From the NCBI RefSeq assembly GCF_000011325.1, contig NC_003450.3, forward strand, positions 990,001 to 1,022,000: a stretch of DNA of 32,000 nucleotides. The letters run 5' to 3'. Under the pieces are notes generated by a model. The model did not search any database and had not been told where the DNA came from. It saw only the letters and a program-made list of their open reading frames with translations. Shown here piece by piece: positions 18,622 through 27,080 of the stretch. Positions within the stretch are counted from its first letter, which is position 1. Each line of letters begins with the position of its first letter. This DNA comes from Corynebacterium glutamicum ATCC 13032. GTDB lineage: Bacteria > Actinomycetota > Actinomycetes > Mycobacteriales > Mycobacteriaceae. Position numbers and translations under genes: made by a program.

Positions 18622-20064
18622 TTGATGAGAACAACACACACCGCTTCAAGCATTCTGCGAAGAATGATCAGGCGGCAGCGGGGCAAGGTTGCGTTTGGCG
18701 CATTCTTTTTGGGGATGTGGCAGCTGTCGGAAGCATTGGTGCCGATTGCGATTGGTTTGATCGTTGATCATGCGGTTCTCACAAAAGATCTCCGCCGATT
18801 AGTGGTCGGGCTTGTCGCTTTTGTTGTGCTGTTTGTGGTGTTGAGTTTTTCTTATCGTTTCGGTTCGCGCGCGTTGAATAGGGCCGTGAACTTTGAATCC
18901 CATGCGCTCCGCGTAGAGGTAGCCGATCATGCGTTGAAGAATCTGGATCCGCGCAATTTGGTGCCTGGCGAGGTGATGTCGCGGTCCACCGCAGATGCGG
19001 ATTCTTCGACGCGTATTTTCGGGCAGATCGGAACCGGTGTTTCGGCTGCGACGGGATTTCTTGGTGCAGCGACCTACCTGTTGATCAGTGACTGGCTGGT
19101 CGGGTTGTTGGTGCTTGTGCTGGTACCGATCATTTCGGGAGTGGTTGCACTGGCTAGCAAGGGCATTTCTAAAAGGAGTGTCACCCAGCAGGAGAAGTTG
19201 GCGGAGTCTGGTGCGCAGGCAAGTGACATCATGATGGGGCTGCGCGTGATCAAGGCGATCGGTGGCGAGCGTTGGGCCGTGAAGACTTTTGAAAAGGCGT
19301 CGCAGGCATCAGCGAGAGCGGCGGTTGATACTGCAGTTGCTTCGGGCAAAGTCGCTGGTATTGGTGAGTTGTCCATTGCGGTGAATTTGGCTGCGGTGTT
19401 GTTGCTTGCTGGTTGGCGGGTCACCACGGGGGAGTTGGGGCCTGGCCAGTTGATCGCAATTGTGGGTGTGGCGGTGTATTTGTCAGAGCCGATTCGCTTG
19501 CTGAGCAACTCGATTAATGCCTCAGCTATTGCGCACGGTGCAGCGGAGCGGGTGGCTAATTTCTTAAACCTCGACGAATCTCAGGCACAGTACGAAAGCA
19601 GCGAAACAATCAATGACGGCGAATTCCTCGTCATCGTGCCCCCAGCCAGCACGCTTCCACACGGCGACAATATCTTGGCTACACCTCATGCTGCCGACAT
19701 TTTCGAAGGTACCTTGCGGTCAAATATTTCCATGAATCATGAGGACAACGTGCCAATTGATCCGCAGGTAATTCGCGCTTCTGGTCTGACTGACATCATT
19801 GAGGTGGACGGACTTGATGCGCCGGTGCGCGATACGGGAAGCAATTTATCGGGTGGGCAGCGTCAGCGAGTGGCTTTGGCCAGGGCGTTGCATGCAGACG
19901 CGGAAGTACTGGTGCTGATGGATCCAACCAGCGCGGTGGATTCAGTGACGGAGGTGTCTATCGCGCAGGGGATTAAGCAGCTGCGAGCAGGCAAAACCAC
20001 CATTGTGGTGAGTTCTTCGCCCGCGTTTTACAACTTGGCGGATCGGGTGATTTCACATGTCTAA
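18622..20064 (+). CDS. ABC exporter fused TMD-NBD subunit with a truncated, catalytically degenerate NBD
   Basis: 6-TM exporter domain. The NBD keeps signature LSGGQRQR and a SAVD D-loop. It has no Walker A or Q-loop (only about 18 aa between GEFLVIVPP and DIFEGTLRSNI). Walker B reads VLVLMDP with no catalytic Glu, and the H-loop His is replaced (VVSSSP). 480 aa. Confidence 0.88.
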   Translation: MMRTTHTASSILRRMIRRQRGKVAFGAFFLGMWQLSEALVPIAIGLIVDHAVLTKDLRRLVVGLVAFVVLFVVLSFSYRFGSRALNRAVNFESHALRVEVADHALKNLDPRNLVPGEVMSRSTADADSSTRIFGQIGTGVSAATGFLGAATYLLISDWLVGLLVLVLVPIISGVVALASKGISKRSVTQQEKLAESGAQASDIMMGLRVIKAIGGERWAVKTFEKASQASARAAVDTAVASGKVAGIGELSIAVNLAAVLLLAGWRVTTGELGPGQLIAIVGVAVYLSEPIRLLSNSINASAIAHGAAERVANFLNLDESQAQYESSETINDGEFLVIVPPASTLPHGDNILATPHAADIFEGTLRSNISMNHEDNVPIDPQVIRASGLTDIIEVDGLDAPVRDTGSNLSGGQRQRVALARALHADAEVLVLMDPTSAVDSVTEVSIAQGIKQLRAGKTTIVVSSSPAFYNLADRVISHV

Positions 20065-21793
20065 TTTGATGGCATCATCGACACCGAAACAGGCGTTCAG
20101 CGCTGCTTTCACGCAACTGAAACCGCACCGGATCAAGTTATTTGGGGTTGTTCTTTGTGGCGTGTTGGTGGCCGTCGCGGGGTTGGTAGGGCCCTGGGCG
20201 GTGGGTGGACTCGTCGATAAGCTCCTTGCAACCCCGAGCATGCGCGACGTTGTAGTGTTCGCGCTGCTTATCGTGGCTGGCGGCGTTGTTTCGAGCCTGG
20301 GCACGTGGTGGGGCAGCGCGCTGATGGCGCGCGCGTTGGAGCCGGCGATCGCGGGGCTGCGCGAGGATGTGTTGCGCGCGGCGGTGAGTTTGGATGCGAA
20401 CACGATTGAAACGGCGGGGCGCGGCGACGTGATTTCGCGTATCGCGGATGATTCGCGGGAGGTGTCCACTGCGGCGAGCACCGTGGTGCCGCTGATGGTG
20501 CAGGCGGGCTTTACCGTGGTGATTTCCGCGTTTGGCATGGCGGCGGTTGATTGGCGCCTCGGCCTTGTCGGTTTGGTCGCGATCCCGCTGTATTGGACCA
20601 CGTTGCGCGTCTATTTACCCCGCTCAGGTCCGCTTTATACGCGTGAGCGCGAGGCCTTTGGGGTGCGCACGCAGCGGCTTGTCGGCGCAGTCGAAGGCGC
20701 GGAAACCTTGCGCGCTTTCCGCGCAGAAGATACAGAATTAAAGCGTATCGACGCAGCCTCCGGCGAAGCCCGCGACATTTCCATTTCTGTTTTCAGGTTC
20801 CTCACATGGGCATTTTCCCGCAACAACCGCGCGGAATGCATCACCCTCGTGCTCATCTTGGGCACCGGCTTTTACCTGGTCAACATCGATCTGGTCACCG
20901 TCGGCGCAGTCTCAACCGCCGCACTGATCTTCCACCGACTCTTCGGTCCAATCGGCACGCTCGTGGGCATGTTCTCCGACATCCAATCCGCCAGCGCATC
21001 GCTGATCCGCATGGTGGGCGTTATTAACGCGGCATCGAACCAGGTCAGCGGCACCTCGCCGGCGTCTGCCAGCACCGCTTTAACGCTTTTCGACGTCTCC
21101 CACCACTATCACACTGCACCCGTCATCAAGAATGCATCCGTGCAGCTGGAACCAGGGGAACACATCGCCATTGTGGGTGCGACCGGCGCTGGTAAAAGCA
21201 CGCTCGCCCTCATTGCGGCAGGCCTGCTCAGCCCAACTTCCGGGCAGGTGGCTCTCGGCGGATCGAGTTTTTCTAACGTCGAACCGGAAGCATTGCGCCA
21301 GAAGATCGCGATGGTCAGCCAAGAAATCCACTGCTTCCGAGGATCTGTTTTAGATAATCTTCGTATCGCACGCCCCGAAGCCACCGATGCGGACATCCAC
21401 GCCGTTCTCGCCGATATTGGTGATTCCTGGTTGGAGCGCTTACCGCAAGGCATAGACACCATCGTGGGTGATGGCGCTTTCCGTTTAACCTCTGTGGAAA
21501 ACCAGATCATGGCGCTTGCTCGCGTACATTTGGCCGACCTAGCAATCGTCATCCTTGATGAAGCAACGGCTGAATCAGGCTCTGATCATGCAAAACAGCT
21601 TGAAGATGCAGCCCTTAAAGTCACTGAAAACAGATCAGCCATCATCGTGGCTCACCGCCTCAACCAAGCGAAAACCGCCGATCGCATCATCGTCATGGAC
21701 TCCGGAGAAATCATAGAATCTGGAACCCATGAAGAGCTTCGAGCGATCGGCGGCCGATATGAACAACTGTGGACTGCGTGGTCTGCGCGCTAA
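20057..21793 (+). CDS. ABC exporter fused TMD-NBD subunit (catalytically competent partner)
   Basis: Walker A GATGAGKST, Q-loop VSQE, Walker B IVILDEAT and H-loop VAHRL. The signature is degenerate (LTSVENQ). Its start overlaps the upstream stop by 8 nt (ATGTCTAA). Confidence 0.9.
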   Translation: MSNLMASSTPKQAFSAAFTQLKPHRIKLFGVVLCGVLVAVAGLVGPWAVGGLVDKLLATPSMRDVVVFALLIVAGGVVSSLGTWWGSALMARALEPAIAGLREDVLRAAVSLDANTIETAGRGDVISRIADDSREVSTAASTVVPLMVQAGFTVVISAFGMAAVDWRLGLVGLVAIPLYWTTLRVYLPRSGPLYTREREAFGVRTQRLVGAVEGAETLRAFRAEDTELKRIDAASGEARDISISVFRFLTWAFSRNNRAECITLVLILGTGFYLVNIDLVTVGAVSTAALIFHRLFGPIGTLVGMFSDIQSASASLIRMVGVINAASNQVSGTSPASASTALTLFDVSHHYHTAPVIKNASVQLEPGEHIAIVGATGAGKSTLALIAAGLLSPTSGQVALGGSSFSNVEPEALRQKIAMVSQEIHCFRGSVLDNLRIARPEATDADIHAVLADIGDSWLERLPQGIDTIVGDGAFRLTSVENQIMALARVHLADLAIVILDEATAESGSDHAKQLEDAALKVTENRSAIIVAHRLNQAKTADRIIVMDSGEIIESGTHEELRAIGGRYEQLWTAWSAR

Positions 21794-23767
21794 TTAGCCA
21801 CCCAAGACCACGCCTTCTCTACGTGGATCGGCGCCACCGACAATGGTGTCGCCGTTTTTCACCAACGCCGATAGGCCACTGGATTGCTCGCCCACATTAA
21901 CTTCGTGGCCTTTGCTTTCCAGTTCAGATACAAGCTCTGCTGAATCATTGGCGATCAGCGGATGCTCGCTTCCCAGTCCAGTCTTAGGCTGGTTCATCGC
22001 ACCAAAGTTGGGCGCAGACACTGCCTGCTGTGGATCCATATCCCAGTCGATGATGTTGACCAGGGTTTTCACCACGTACTGAATAATCAAGGATCCGCCA
22101 GGGGAGCCCAGCACCATATTCAGATCCGCGATTTCACCATCGCCACTGGCGTTGAACACTAGCATTGGCGACATGGAAGACCGTGGGCGCTTTGCTGACT
22201 CGACACGATTGGCCACGGGCTCGCCGTCCTCATCAAGTGGTTCAGCGGAGAAATCTGTCAGCTGATTATTCAAAATGAAACCACGGGTGAAGTGGAAGGA
22301 ACCGAAAGCAGCTTCCACACTGGTGGTCAACGATGCTGCGTTGCCATAGGAATCGATGATGGAAATATGGCTGGTGCCACTTTCCGGCAGGGCAGCCATG
22401 ACTGGTTCCTGGCTCAGACCAGCAGTTGCCTGACCCATTGAATGCTCTGGATCAATAAGTTCTGAGCGTTCACCCGTGTAGACATCGCTGATCAACTCTT
22501 CGACACCACCTGCTGGAACTTCCACGAAAGCAGGATCACCGATGTAAGCATCGCGATCAGCATAAGCCAGGCGCTCAGCCTCTGAAATCAGGTGAACAGC
22601 TTCCGCATTTGGCAATCCGCCATCCAAACCAACCTCAGTGGGTGGGTATTGGGCGAGATCAAAGTTGTTCAAGATACCCAGGGTTTCCATCACTGTGACG
22701 CCACCCGATGATGACGGTGGCATGCCACAAACAATCTTGTCGCGGTAGGGAGCACACAAAGCTTCACGAGTTTCCGGAGTGTAGGCAGCCAAATCTGCCG
22801 TGCTCATCAGTGATGGTGTGAAACCGTCAACCTCACGGGTGGCGCGTTCCACGATGTCTGCTGCAATCTCACCCGTGTAGAACGCATCGGGGCCACCTTC
22901 AGAGATGAGACGAATCGTTTCTGCATAGTCAGGGTTTTGTAAAAGTGTGCCGGGTGCCTTCGCATCACCGTTTTCATCAAGGAAATATGCGGCAGCTTCC
23001 GGATCGTGGGAGAGATCCTCAGCGGAGTTAGCAATTGATGCTGACATGCGAGGGCTGATGGAAAAACCATCAGTTGCGAGCTGCTGCGGAGTTGTCAGCA
23101 CGTCCTGCCAGGAGGTCTTTCCGAATGAATCATGCAGCTGTCCAAGGGCTGCCACGATTCCTGGCACACCAATTGACCTGCCGGAACGTCGGGCATCAGG
23201 AACAGGTGCCGTTTGATCCTCTGCAGAAACATGAATGAGATAGTTTTCATCAGCAGCAACTGGCGCTGTTTCACGGCCATCAATGGCTGTCACCGCATTG
23301 GCTTCGGCGTCGTAGTACAGAATGTATCCGCCACCACCAAGGCCAGACGACTGCGGTTCCGTCAGTCCCAAAACAAACTGCGCGGTGACAAGAGCATCAG
23401 CTGCAGTGCCGCCTTCTCTTAACACCGCGCAGGCTGCTTCAGAAGCGATGGGGTTTGCAGTTGCCACCGCATAACCTTGGGTTTGAACAGGGGTCATGCC
23501 CTCGCGGTAGCCGGTACCGATTTCCGGGGCAACAGAAATATCTTCACCTGTGTGAGTGCCTTCTACTTCCTCTTCAGCAGAAGCGTCGGCGGGAAGTTCA
23601 CAAGGCGCAAGTGGGGGAGACGCTGCTGCTTGGGTTGAGGAGTTTTCAGTATCCGTGGAGCTTGCGGAGGTGTCTTCACCGCTGGAACACGAAGAGATGG
23701 TCAGGGTTAAGGCTGCGACAGTGAACGCAGCTACCGATTTAAGGAATGTGCTTTGGGTCACTTTCAT
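21794..23767 (-). CDS. ggt: gamma-glutamyltranspeptidase, lipoprotein
   Basis: Lipobox TISSC, a long S/T/E-rich linker, GGGGYILYY, and the autoprocessing site region GTSHISIID. 657 aa. Confidence 0.92.
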   Translation of the reverse strand: MKVTQSTFLKSVAAFTVAALTLTISSCSSGEDTSASSTDTENSSTQAAASPPLAPCELPADASAEEEVEGTHTGEDISVAPEIGTGYREGMTPVQTQGYAVATANPIASEAACAVLREGGTAADALVTAQFVLGLTEPQSSGLGGGGYILYYDAEANAVTAIDGRETAPVAADENYLIHVSAEDQTAPVPDARRSGRSIGVPGIVAALGQLHDSFGKTSWQDVLTTPQQLATDGFSISPRMSASIANSAEDLSHDPEAAAYFLDENGDAKAPGTLLQNPDYAETIRLISEGGPDAFYTGEIAADIVERATREVDGFTPSLMSTADLAAYTPETREALCAPYRDKIVCGMPPSSSGGVTVMETLGILNNFDLAQYPPTEVGLDGGLPNAEAVHLISEAERLAYADRDAYIGDPAFVEVPAGGVEELISDVYTGERSELIDPEHSMGQATAGLSQEPVMAALPESGTSHISIIDSYGNAASLTTSVEAAFGSFHFTRGFILNNQLTDFSAEPLDEDGEPVANRVESAKRPRSSMSPMLVFNASGDGEIADLNMVLGSPGGSLIIQYVVKTLVNIIDWDMDPQQAVSAPNFGAMNQPKTGLGSEHPLIANDSAELVSELESKGHEVNVGEQSSGLSALVKNGDTIVGGADPRREGVVLGG

Positions 23768-24015
23768 CTCTCGAGCCTATCAAGGAACTTTTATGTGGGG
23801 AGATATTTTCTGAAAGAAAATTTAATTGGTAGAAACCCATGATTGGGGGCTTGCATTTGTTTCGTTGTTCACCTAAAGTTAACTCTAGGTTAACAAAAAG
23901 AGTTCTCAAGGTGAACTCAAGCGATCGGTGGAACATCCACTAACGGGGTTACCAAAAATCCTTCGCGGACACTCCCGAAGGAACACTTCTTGCGAGAAGG
24001 AAAGGAAGAAGCACT

Positions 24016-24267
24016 GTGAAGGGCATTCATCAGGAAATTAGCCGTATCGAGCGTAGCCACGATTATCTGTGGAGCGTCCGAGAAGACCTGCATGCACGAT
24101 TCGACAACCAACTGAAGGCACACTTTGTAGACAGTGTCCTGGATAGCATTGCAGAAGGATATGAAGGCCGAATCAACCGATTCCGCAAAATCTTCATTGA
24201 AATGAAAGCGGTTGAAGAGCTGCGCACCATCGCCGCCACCCGCCCAAGCCACCTCTTGGCTGCATAA
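24016..24267 (+). CDS. hypothetical helical protein (83 aa)
   Basis: GTG start preceded by a strong RBS (gaaggaaaggaag). Third-position GC bias fits coding sequence. A strong terminator follows 19 nt after the stop. The antisense 111-aa ORF has no such signals. Confidence 0.55.
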   Translation: MKGIHQEISRIERSHDYLWSVREDLHARFDNQLKAHFVDSVLDSIAEGYEGRINRFRKIFIEMKAVEELRTIAATRPSHLLAA

Positions 24268-24285
24268 GACACTTAAAAGTTAAAT

Positions 24286-24327
24286 AAAACACCCCGCTAC
24301 CTTATTAATTGGTAGCGGGGTGTTTTT
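24286..24327. terminator. bidirectional rho-independent terminator
   Basis: A perfect 16-bp stem aaaacaccccgctacc / ggtagcggggtgtttt with a 9-nt loop, flanked by A and T tracts. It sits between the convergent 24016-24267 (+) and 24340-24813 (-) genes. Confidence 0.9.
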
Positions 24328-24339
24328 AACTATTCCTAT

Positions 24340-24813
24340 TTATTCGCAGGCAATTCCGTCGCCATCGCGATCAAGCTTGGAACTATATCCAGGTGATCCC
24401 GCATAAAGGGGAGCTGCACCCGCCGCACGAACTGCCGCGCAGTTGGCGTAATACGTTTGAGCTGGTGCAACCGCCGGTGCAGGTTCCGGGATGGCCGCAA
24501 ACTGCTGTGGCGTATTTACCTGAGGCTCTGAATATTCCTCCACGGCCGCTGGCTTCACAATTTCTTGGGCAAGATCTTCCGCGGAGGTAGTTTCCGTCAC
24601 TGTCGAGGTGATCGTGCTGGCTTTAGCTGTGGTTGTCACCGTGGCTGTTACAGTTTCGGTAACTGTTGGTGCAGGGGCTTCGGGTTCTGCAGCGGCCGAA
24701 CCGCACGCAGTAATAAGTCCCATGGAAATAATGAGCGAGGAGCCGATAAGGGCCATTCGTTTCATGCGGCCTGAACTGCCTTTGGTGGAATGTGTAGGGG
24801 TGGGGAGAGTCAT
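24340..24813 (-). CDS. lipoprotein with C-terminal Excalibur calcium-binding domain
   Basis: C-terminus NCAAVRAAGAAPLYAGSPGYSSKLDRDGDGIACE (DxDxDGxxCE). Lipobox LITAC after MKRMALIGSSLIISMG. T/V-rich linker. The start is uncertain: ATG 24813, 24765 or the ORF-track 24861. Confidence 0.82.
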   Translation of the reverse strand: MTLPTPTHSTKGSSGRMKRMALIGSSLIISMGLITACGSAAAEPEAPAPTVTETVTATVTTTAKASTITSTVTETTSAEDLAQEIVKPAAVEEYSEPQVNTPQQFAAIPEPAPAVAPAQTYYANCAAVRAAGAAPLYAGSPGYSSKLDRDGDGIACE

Positions 24814-25057
24814 GATGCCTCGAGCTGGTAGAGAATTCGATATGGTCAAGTATGCTATCACTCGGTTCGCGAGGCTGAAGATTTCTGTGTCTGTCGTCTC
24901 TAACTACATACCCTAATCGGGTTTGTGAATAACTTGGATCCTGAAGTTGAAGAGCCGAATATTTCTCAGTGGGAAAGTCTTGATGATGACATTATCCCTG
25001 GAAATTGCACTAAAGTGTTTCTATCTGAACCCCAGCTAATGCATGGTCCTCTCCTTA

Positions 25058-25065
25058 GAGCGTTT
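25058..25065. repeat. 8-bp target-site duplication gagcgttt (left copy)
   Basis: Immediately precedes the IS terminal inverted repeat. The identical 8-mer immediately follows the 44-bp IS remnant at 27234-27241. Confidence 0.75.
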
Positions 25066-25906
25066 GGTGCTGTTGCAACTTGGGGCGGGAGCCAAGAAGG
25101 CTCCGTTTTTATTGTGTGATCAACGCTATGTGCCTGTGTTGTCAGGCCGTCTCGAATACCCGGCTAACAATCACTGCATCCGGATTCGGGTGACCATAGG
25201 CAAACATCGTGCCCTGCCCCTTCCGCAATGAGTGCATCGCCTCCATCCCTTTCAACGTCCGGTAGGCAGACGTTCGGTTTTTGAATGCGCCTTTCGGCCC
25301 CAGGATCCGCTTTAACCGACCATGGTCGCCTTCAATGACGTTGTTGAGGTATTTCACCCGACGATGCTCGACCGTCGATGGACAGACGCCTTCCGCCTTC
25401 AGCTCAGAGATTGCCCTGGCGAGTGAGGGGGCCTTGTCGGTGCTGATCACCCGCGGATAGCCTGCCGATTTATTCGACCGCAGCGTCTTCGCCAGGAAAC
25501 GCTTCGCCGCCGCGACGTTTCTCTTCGGGGAGAGGTAGAAGTCCAGGGTCTGGCTACCGGCGGTGATTGCCCGATAGAGGTAGCACCACTTTCCCCCGAC
25601 CCGGATATAGGTCTCATCCACCCGCCAGGACCTGGCCTGCCAGTCAGGAACTTGCCGATACCACCGGGTCTTCTTATCCAGCTCAGGAGCATATTTCTGG
25701 ACCCAGCGGTAGATCGTGGTGTGATCGACCGGCACTCCCCGCTCGGTCATCATCTCTTCGAGGTCGCGATAGCTCACGCCGTAGCGGCAGTACCACCGCA
25801 CCGCCCACAGGATGATTTCACGAGGGAACTGCCGACCGGAGAAGATGCCCATGGACCTGATTATTCCACGCCGGTCTTCCTACTGCCCCAACTTTGCAAC
25901 AGCACC
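25066..25906 (-). mobile_element. IS6-family insertion sequence (841 bp)
   Basis: Terminal inverted repeats ggtgctgttgcaacttgggg (25066-) and, in reverse complement at 25906, ggtgctgttgcaaagttgggg. The first 13 bp are identical and resemble the IS26-type GGCACTGTTGCAAA end. A single DDE transposase ORF fills the element. Confidence 0.9.
25142..25852 (-). CDS. IS6-family DDE transposase
   Basis: 236 aa. ILWAVRWYCRYGVSYRDLEEMMTERGVPVDHTTIYRWVQKYAPE is closely similar to IS26/IS6100-type transposases. DDE residues lie in WRVDETY, ISTDKAP and NNVIEGDHGRLK. Confidence 0.93.
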   Translation of the reverse strand: MGIFSGRQFPREIILWAVRWYCRYGVSYRDLEEMMTERGVPVDHTTIYRWVQKYAPELDKKTRWYRQVPDWQARSWRVDETYIRVGGKWCYLYRAITAGSQTLDFYLSPKRNVAAAKRFLAKTLRSNKSAGYPRVISTDKAPSLARAISELKAEGVCPSTVEHRRVKYLNNVIEGDHGRLKRILGPKGAFKNRTSAYRTLKGMEAMHSLRKGQGTMFAYGHPNPDAVIVSRVFETA

Positions 25907-26563
25907 GTTTTAGGTTATCCTGCAGGTGACCCTGAACTCCAAGATGATGGTTGGTATAGACAAGCCTTTGCAGATGGTTTCTTGCATGGAAAACAACTGA
26001 GTACATTTTTTCCCGCATGGGACGAGTTTGCATGGGACGATTCCGCTGGTGGCGAACCGGGGGTACTAATGTCAAGGCAGGCGGCGAACTATGATAAAGG
26101 ACCAGCTGGTGGAAATAAATACACTGATCAGGTCGTTCTTGAAACTGAGGATATGTGTGGCAATGAAATAATCCTCCGTAGAGGGTGGTACAACTCGGAT
26201 GCCTCCAGAAAAGATAAGCCGTGGGGGTACGATAAAATTCGGCACAAACATGGTGTTTTTAGTTTGTGGTCAGTTAGTATAGTATTTGAAAATTCGTGTA
26301 TCAACAGGATTGAAGGTACACAGCAGGTTTATGAAGAAGAAGTTTATCAAGTGAAATGTGATCGACTCTTCTTAAATTGTGAACAAACCGGGCAGTCTTT
26401 TGTATATCGCGGTATTTATGAAAGAAATATATATAAGCCTGGTGCTACAGAGCCACTTGGTTTGAGGACATTTTTTCCTGTACACAATGAGGGAACGCAT
26501 GGTTCAAGTGATGTAACCCCAACATGGTTTAGTACAGACATTCCAACATTGGACTTATGGTAA
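25907..26563 (+). CDS. hypothetical protein, 5' end abuts the IS (probably truncated; possible restart at ATG 26069)
   Basis: The frame is open from the IS boundary. The part of the ORF-track ORF at 25652-25906 is antisense read-through of the transposase gene. The region is AT-rich. The sequence contains GWYNSDASRKDKPWGYDKIRHKHG. No family recognised. Confidence 0.5.
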   Translation, partial: VLGYPAGDPELQDDGWYRQAFADGFLHGKQLSTFFPAWDEFAWDDSAGGEPGVLMSRQAANYDKGPAGGNKYTDQVVLETEDMCGNEIILRRGWYNSDASRKDKPWGYDKIRHKHGVFSLWSVSIVFENSCINRIEGTQQVYEEEVYQVKCDRLFLNCEQTGQSFVYRGIYERNIYKPGATEPLGLRTFFPVHNEGTHGSSDVTPTWFSTDIPTLDLW

Positions 26564-27021
26564 TGACGTACAAAGCAGATTATGATCTTGACTTGGAAAA
26601 AGTAGTTTTTCGTATGTCGCAGCTGTTCGAGGATCTTATTCCGTCAGAAAACGCTTTTGATTATTATGACAAGTCAACGTGGCCTACCCTGACTATGGCT
26701 GCGACATGGGTTCAGGATGATTGTCTCCTTATTGTTTTTAGGGTTGAGGAAAGCAGAGGTGAGACGTTCGTGGGTTATTTTTCTCGGATCTCGCCTCGAT
26801 ATAATCCCGACAACATCGAATTTGGTGCAGTAGAGCTAATGTATGCTGACTCAATTGCAGGTGATTGGTTTATAGAGAAGGTCGATCTGAAAGCTCCGCA
26901 AAAGATACATTGGAGAAATACCCACCATAGCCTCAATACTCCGGCGGATATAGAAGAATTATTGGACTATGCTAATGAGATACCAATGTGGTTGAGTCCA
27001 GACCTTGAGAAGTGGATGTGA
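26557..27021 (+). CDS. small acidic hypothetical protein (154 aa), translationally coupled to the preceding ORF
   Basis: Its ATG overlaps the upstream stop (ATGGTAA). By my count it has about 28 D+E versus about 13 K+R. No signal peptide or TM segment. A terminator follows. Confidence 0.6.
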   Translation: MVMTYKADYDLDLEKVVFRMSQLFEDLIPSENAFDYYDKSTWPTLTMAATWVQDDCLLIVFRVEESRGETFVGYFSRISPRYNPDNIEFGAVELMYADSIAGDWFIEKVDLKAPQKIHWRNTHHSLNTPADIEELLDYANEIPMWLSPDLEKWM

Positions 27022-27080
27022 TGCACAACAAGACCATGGTCATCCAGCTTTATCTGGCTGAGCTGGGTATGTAATCACTT

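Noticed and set aside
148-21552. Numerous 60-230-aa antisense or out-of-frame ORFs in the track (for example 148-570, 776-1360, 3303-3980, 8467-9159, 10736-11248, 13066-13578, 20053-20601, 21109-21552)
   Set aside because: Each overlaps a well-supported conserved gene. Their translations are Arg/Pro/Ser/His-rich, as expected for non-coding frames of GC-rich DNA.
23917-24252. 111-aa minus-strand ORF
   Set aside because: It is antisense to the 24016-24267 ORF, which has a strong RBS and a downstream terminator. This ORF has neither.
23823-24313. The 11-mer ttaattggtag occurs at 23823-23833 and in the terminator loop region at 24304-24314, flanking the small ORF
   Set aside because: Many chance 11-mer matches are expected in 32 kb, and no extended similarity surrounds them.
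25652-25906. N-terminal 85 codons of the ORF-track ORF 25652-26563
   Set aside because: This part lies inside the IS, antisense to the transposase gene. It is read-through of an open frame, not part of the cargo gene.
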